In this document: piece by piece, positions 61,501-64,000 of the stretch | How the letters are laid out: each line of letters starts with the position of its first letter | Numbering within the stretch: the stretch's first letter is position 1 | Origin: Cyanophora paradoxa CCMP329 | Lineage: Eukaryota > Plantae > Glaucophyta | Reading direction: 5' to 3' | DNA length: 64,000 nucleotides | Assembly: GCA_004431415.1 (NCBI GenBank) | Contig: QPMI01000010.1 | Coordinates: 1-64,000 of the forward strand | Notes under the pieces: generated by a model | Database searches by the model: none | What the model saw: only the letters and a program-made list of their open reading frames with translations | Told to the model about the DNA's origin: nothing | Program-made: the position numbers and the translations under genes

Positions 61501-62874
61501 CCCCGCCCCCCGGCCGCAGCCCCAAGGCCGGTGCCGGGGCAGGAGGACCAGTTCCCGTTCCCCGCCAAGCGCCAGCGCCAGCGGACCGTTGGTGCCGCCG
61601 CCAACGCTGCCATTGAGCGGGCGGTCTCCCAGGCGCTCATCAGCCAGGGCCAGCTACGGCAGCAGTTCGGTCCCCTCGGCGGCCCCCAGCAGTTTGCCCC
61701 CATGTTCGTCCCGCCGCCGCAGCCGTTCGCGTTCGCCCAGCCCTTCGCACCGCCCCCCCCGGCCCCGTACTTCATCCCCCAGCAGGGCACCTTATACAAA
61801 TGAATTCGCACACACCGAGACAAATGGCTAGGGATATGACTGCAGTGTCCATCTGTGTCAAGTCGAGAGATGAGCCTACGGGAACAAGCCTTTCGGACAT
61901 CGGACCGGGTGGAGCTATTGTACTGGAGAAAGGGGCCTATACCTGCCTAGAAACACTGCCTACACCTGCCTAGAGAGCCGAAGCAGAGCAGAGCTACTAT
62001 AACCCCCCTCAGGACAAGGGCGCCTACAGAGAGGACCGATGTATAAGCGAGGATGAGGTCGAAGCGGCTGAGCCTGAACTATAGCCCTCAATTTGGCAGG
62101 AAGAAGCGCACTAAGAGAGCAAGGCCGACTAACCCCAGGGAGGGCCGGAAACCGGAGCCCGTGAGAGCCCGGGTGAAAACCGGCGGGCGCACAGCATCGC
62201 CGGCCGCAGCCGGCGACCTGTGCTCCTCGGCCGAGAGATACCTCCTCCAGCTGGCGCGCGCGCGCGCGGAGTCCGCTGCGGCGGGGTTGGGAGGCCCGGG
62301 CCGCCCGAGTGCTCAGAAGCACGTCGCCTCGCCAGGAATCCAAGCATCTGTGCGGCCGCGACGCCCACGGCCGCGACGCGGGCGTGCACTCACACGACCG
62401 ACGATCATCTGCGCGGGCGCAGCGCAGGTCGCCGGCCCCATAGCCGCGGGCGGCCGATCGCTGCCGCAGAGAAGTGCTTGGGCTGAACGAGAGAGCAGCT
62501 GCTGAAGCCGCCGCTGGTGTCCGCTGGAGTAGCTCGCCGAACCGACCCACGGAGCGGATTCCTAACGGACGCGCGGCTAACCAGCTAGAGGAGGGCTAAA
62601 GGCACCGCCGAGGCGATTCGCGGCAGCCGGAGAGGCGCCCAGCGGGCAGGAGCCCGCTACCTACTTTCTCTCCAGGTCGGGGTACGCGAATCCCCCCCAG
62701 CAGGGCACCGCCCCGGGGCAGTACGGAGGCCGCGGTGGGGGTGGGGGTGGCCGCGGGGGGCGAGGCCGTGGAGGTGGCCAGGGCGGCCACGGGGGCCATG
62801 CCCCGCGGGGCGGCCACGGGCACGGGTACGGCGGCAGCCAGCAGGATTACGGAGGACAGGGCTTCTACGAGTAG
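58514..62874 (+). CDS. ORF1 (gag-like), apparently spliced and interrupted
   Basis: Open frame 58376-61280 (first ATG 58514). A predicted GT-AG intron at 61281-61399 joins it to the frame of ORF 61393-61803. The tail QQGTAPGQYGGRGGGGGGRGGRGRG...GFYE* ends at 62874 after an insert. Confidence 0.6.
61792..62693. other. ~900-bp segment interrupting ORF1, flanked by a 16-bp direct repeat
   Basis: CCCCCAGCAGGGCACC at 61776-61791 and 62694-62709. Confidence 0.6.
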
Positions 62875-64000
62875 TACTAGCAGTTGCCCTGCCTCGGACC
62901 CGCGGTCCCGACGGCCGGGCTTGTCGCTGCCCCCAGCGACACGCCCCCGCCTCGCGCCGCCGGCTTTCCTGCTGTCTCGCTTAGACGCAGGCAGGGCCGT
63001 CGAGCTGCAGTTTTGTTTCCCCCTTGTAGACCTCATCAGCATCTCCCCTTATGCAGCCCTCCGGCGCTGCCCACGCGCTCCAACAGACGGGGGCCCGGAG
63101 CTAGACCGCCTGCGGGCACTTGTAAAGGCACATGGGCCGCAGCCCCCATACGACTTTGCACGTCACAAAGCCGCTTTCAGGGCGGGCCAGCTGCAAGAGG
63201 CAGCGGCCGAGTGGCGCCGTCGCTTCCGGGCAGCAGGCATTGAGGTACCGGCACGCGTGATGCTGTGGCTGGAGCAAGGCTTCAAAATTCCGCTGCTCCG
63301 CCCCGGCACCCCGGCAACCGCCCGCTGGGACCCGGCCAATGCGGCCACACCGGAGGACATACCGCCTTTCTGCGAGCGCAACCGCCCCTCGTGTTTCATT
63401 GAGGTCGACGGCGCGAGCGCGCGCGAGTTCATCGACCGCGACGTCCTCGAGGACGAGTCCATCGGGGTGATTGACGAAATACACCCCCCCATGTGGCCGC
63501 CGCCCGCGCATTACTCGGCGCTGCACGCGGTTCCCAAGAAGGGGGCGGATCGCTTCCGTCGGTGCCTAGATGCCCGGCGCATAAACGAGTTCATTCACCT
63601 CCGCCGTTTTCGGTATCAAACGCTTGATGACGTCCTCGCGATCATTCGGAGCCTTCGAGGCCTCGATCTGTACCTCCTCGCGTACGATCTGCGCAAGGGA
63701 TATTACCACATTGCCCTGGCGCGCATCACGGCCATCGTGCTGGTCTTTGCTTGGACCTTCCTGAATGGCATCACGCGCGTTTTCCGTTACAACGCCTTGC
63801 CCTTCGGCGTCGCGCTCGCGTGTTACGTGTTCACGAAAGTGATGCGGGCTTTCGCCAAGTATTGGGCTGCCTTGAAGGTCCTCCTGGGCACGTACCTCGA
63901 CGACGGCCTCTTCATCTGCCGCTCGTTAGAGGAGGCGCTTCTGGTGTCCGAACACCTTCGGTGGCTCGCCCCACTCCTGCGCCTCACCTTTTCGGATAAA
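62600..64000 (+). CDS. DIRS-type reverse transcriptase (partial; missing from the ORF track because it has no stop in the window)
   Basis: Frame open from 62600 (first ATG 62798): WLEQGFKIP, SALHAVPKKG, RRCLDARRINE, FRYQTL, YDLRKGYYHI, YNALPFG, YVFTKVMR, TYLDDGL. Confidence 0.93.

Larger units (their letters stand above)
56850..64000 (+). mobile_element. DIRS/PAT-type retrotransposon, truncated by the window end; left boundary approximate
   Basis: Lower-GC 5' region, long ORF1 with an RGG/Gly-rich tail, and an overlapping DIRS-type RT ORF. The RNase H and tyrosine recombinase would lie beyond 64000 and are not seen. Confidence 0.8.

Overview
Eukaryotic nuclear DNA from a GC-rich, intron-dense and probably flagellated protist. 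The gene style is reminiscent of the glaucophyte Cyanophora, but that is a guess. The window has three parts. (1) 1-~12.1 kb: the right part of an intronless, gene-dense endogenous DNA-virus-like element that runs off the left edge. It carries a giant coiled-coil/fibre protein, a fibre with a Peptidase S74 chaperone, an FN3/Gly-rich protein, two paralogous candidate virion proteins, an HNH nuclease and two orphan genes. It also has three copies of a telomere-like (GGGACTT)n module, two of them inverted around iteron-like repeats. Its ORFs are broken by many 1-bp frameshifts. (2) ~12.5-56.8 kb: host genes with short introns: an Lsi2/ArsB-type transporter, a channel-type CLC with CBS domains, an RS-rich protein, an Ada-type Zn protein, WRAP73, a DUF4062-NTPase-TPR protein with one TPR per exon, an F-box protein and several unknowns. 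Here there are domain-wise enrichments of palindromic motifs (GTAC versus GATC/CTAG/AGCT), frequent GC-AG introns, and introns filled with decayed copies of their own splice junction. (3) ~56.9-64 kb: a DIRS/PAT-type retrotransposon with a large, apparently spliced ORF1 split by a ~900-bp insert, and an overlapping YLDD reverse transcriptase ORF running off the right edge. Coordinates of spliced or frameshifted genes were read by eye and are approximate.
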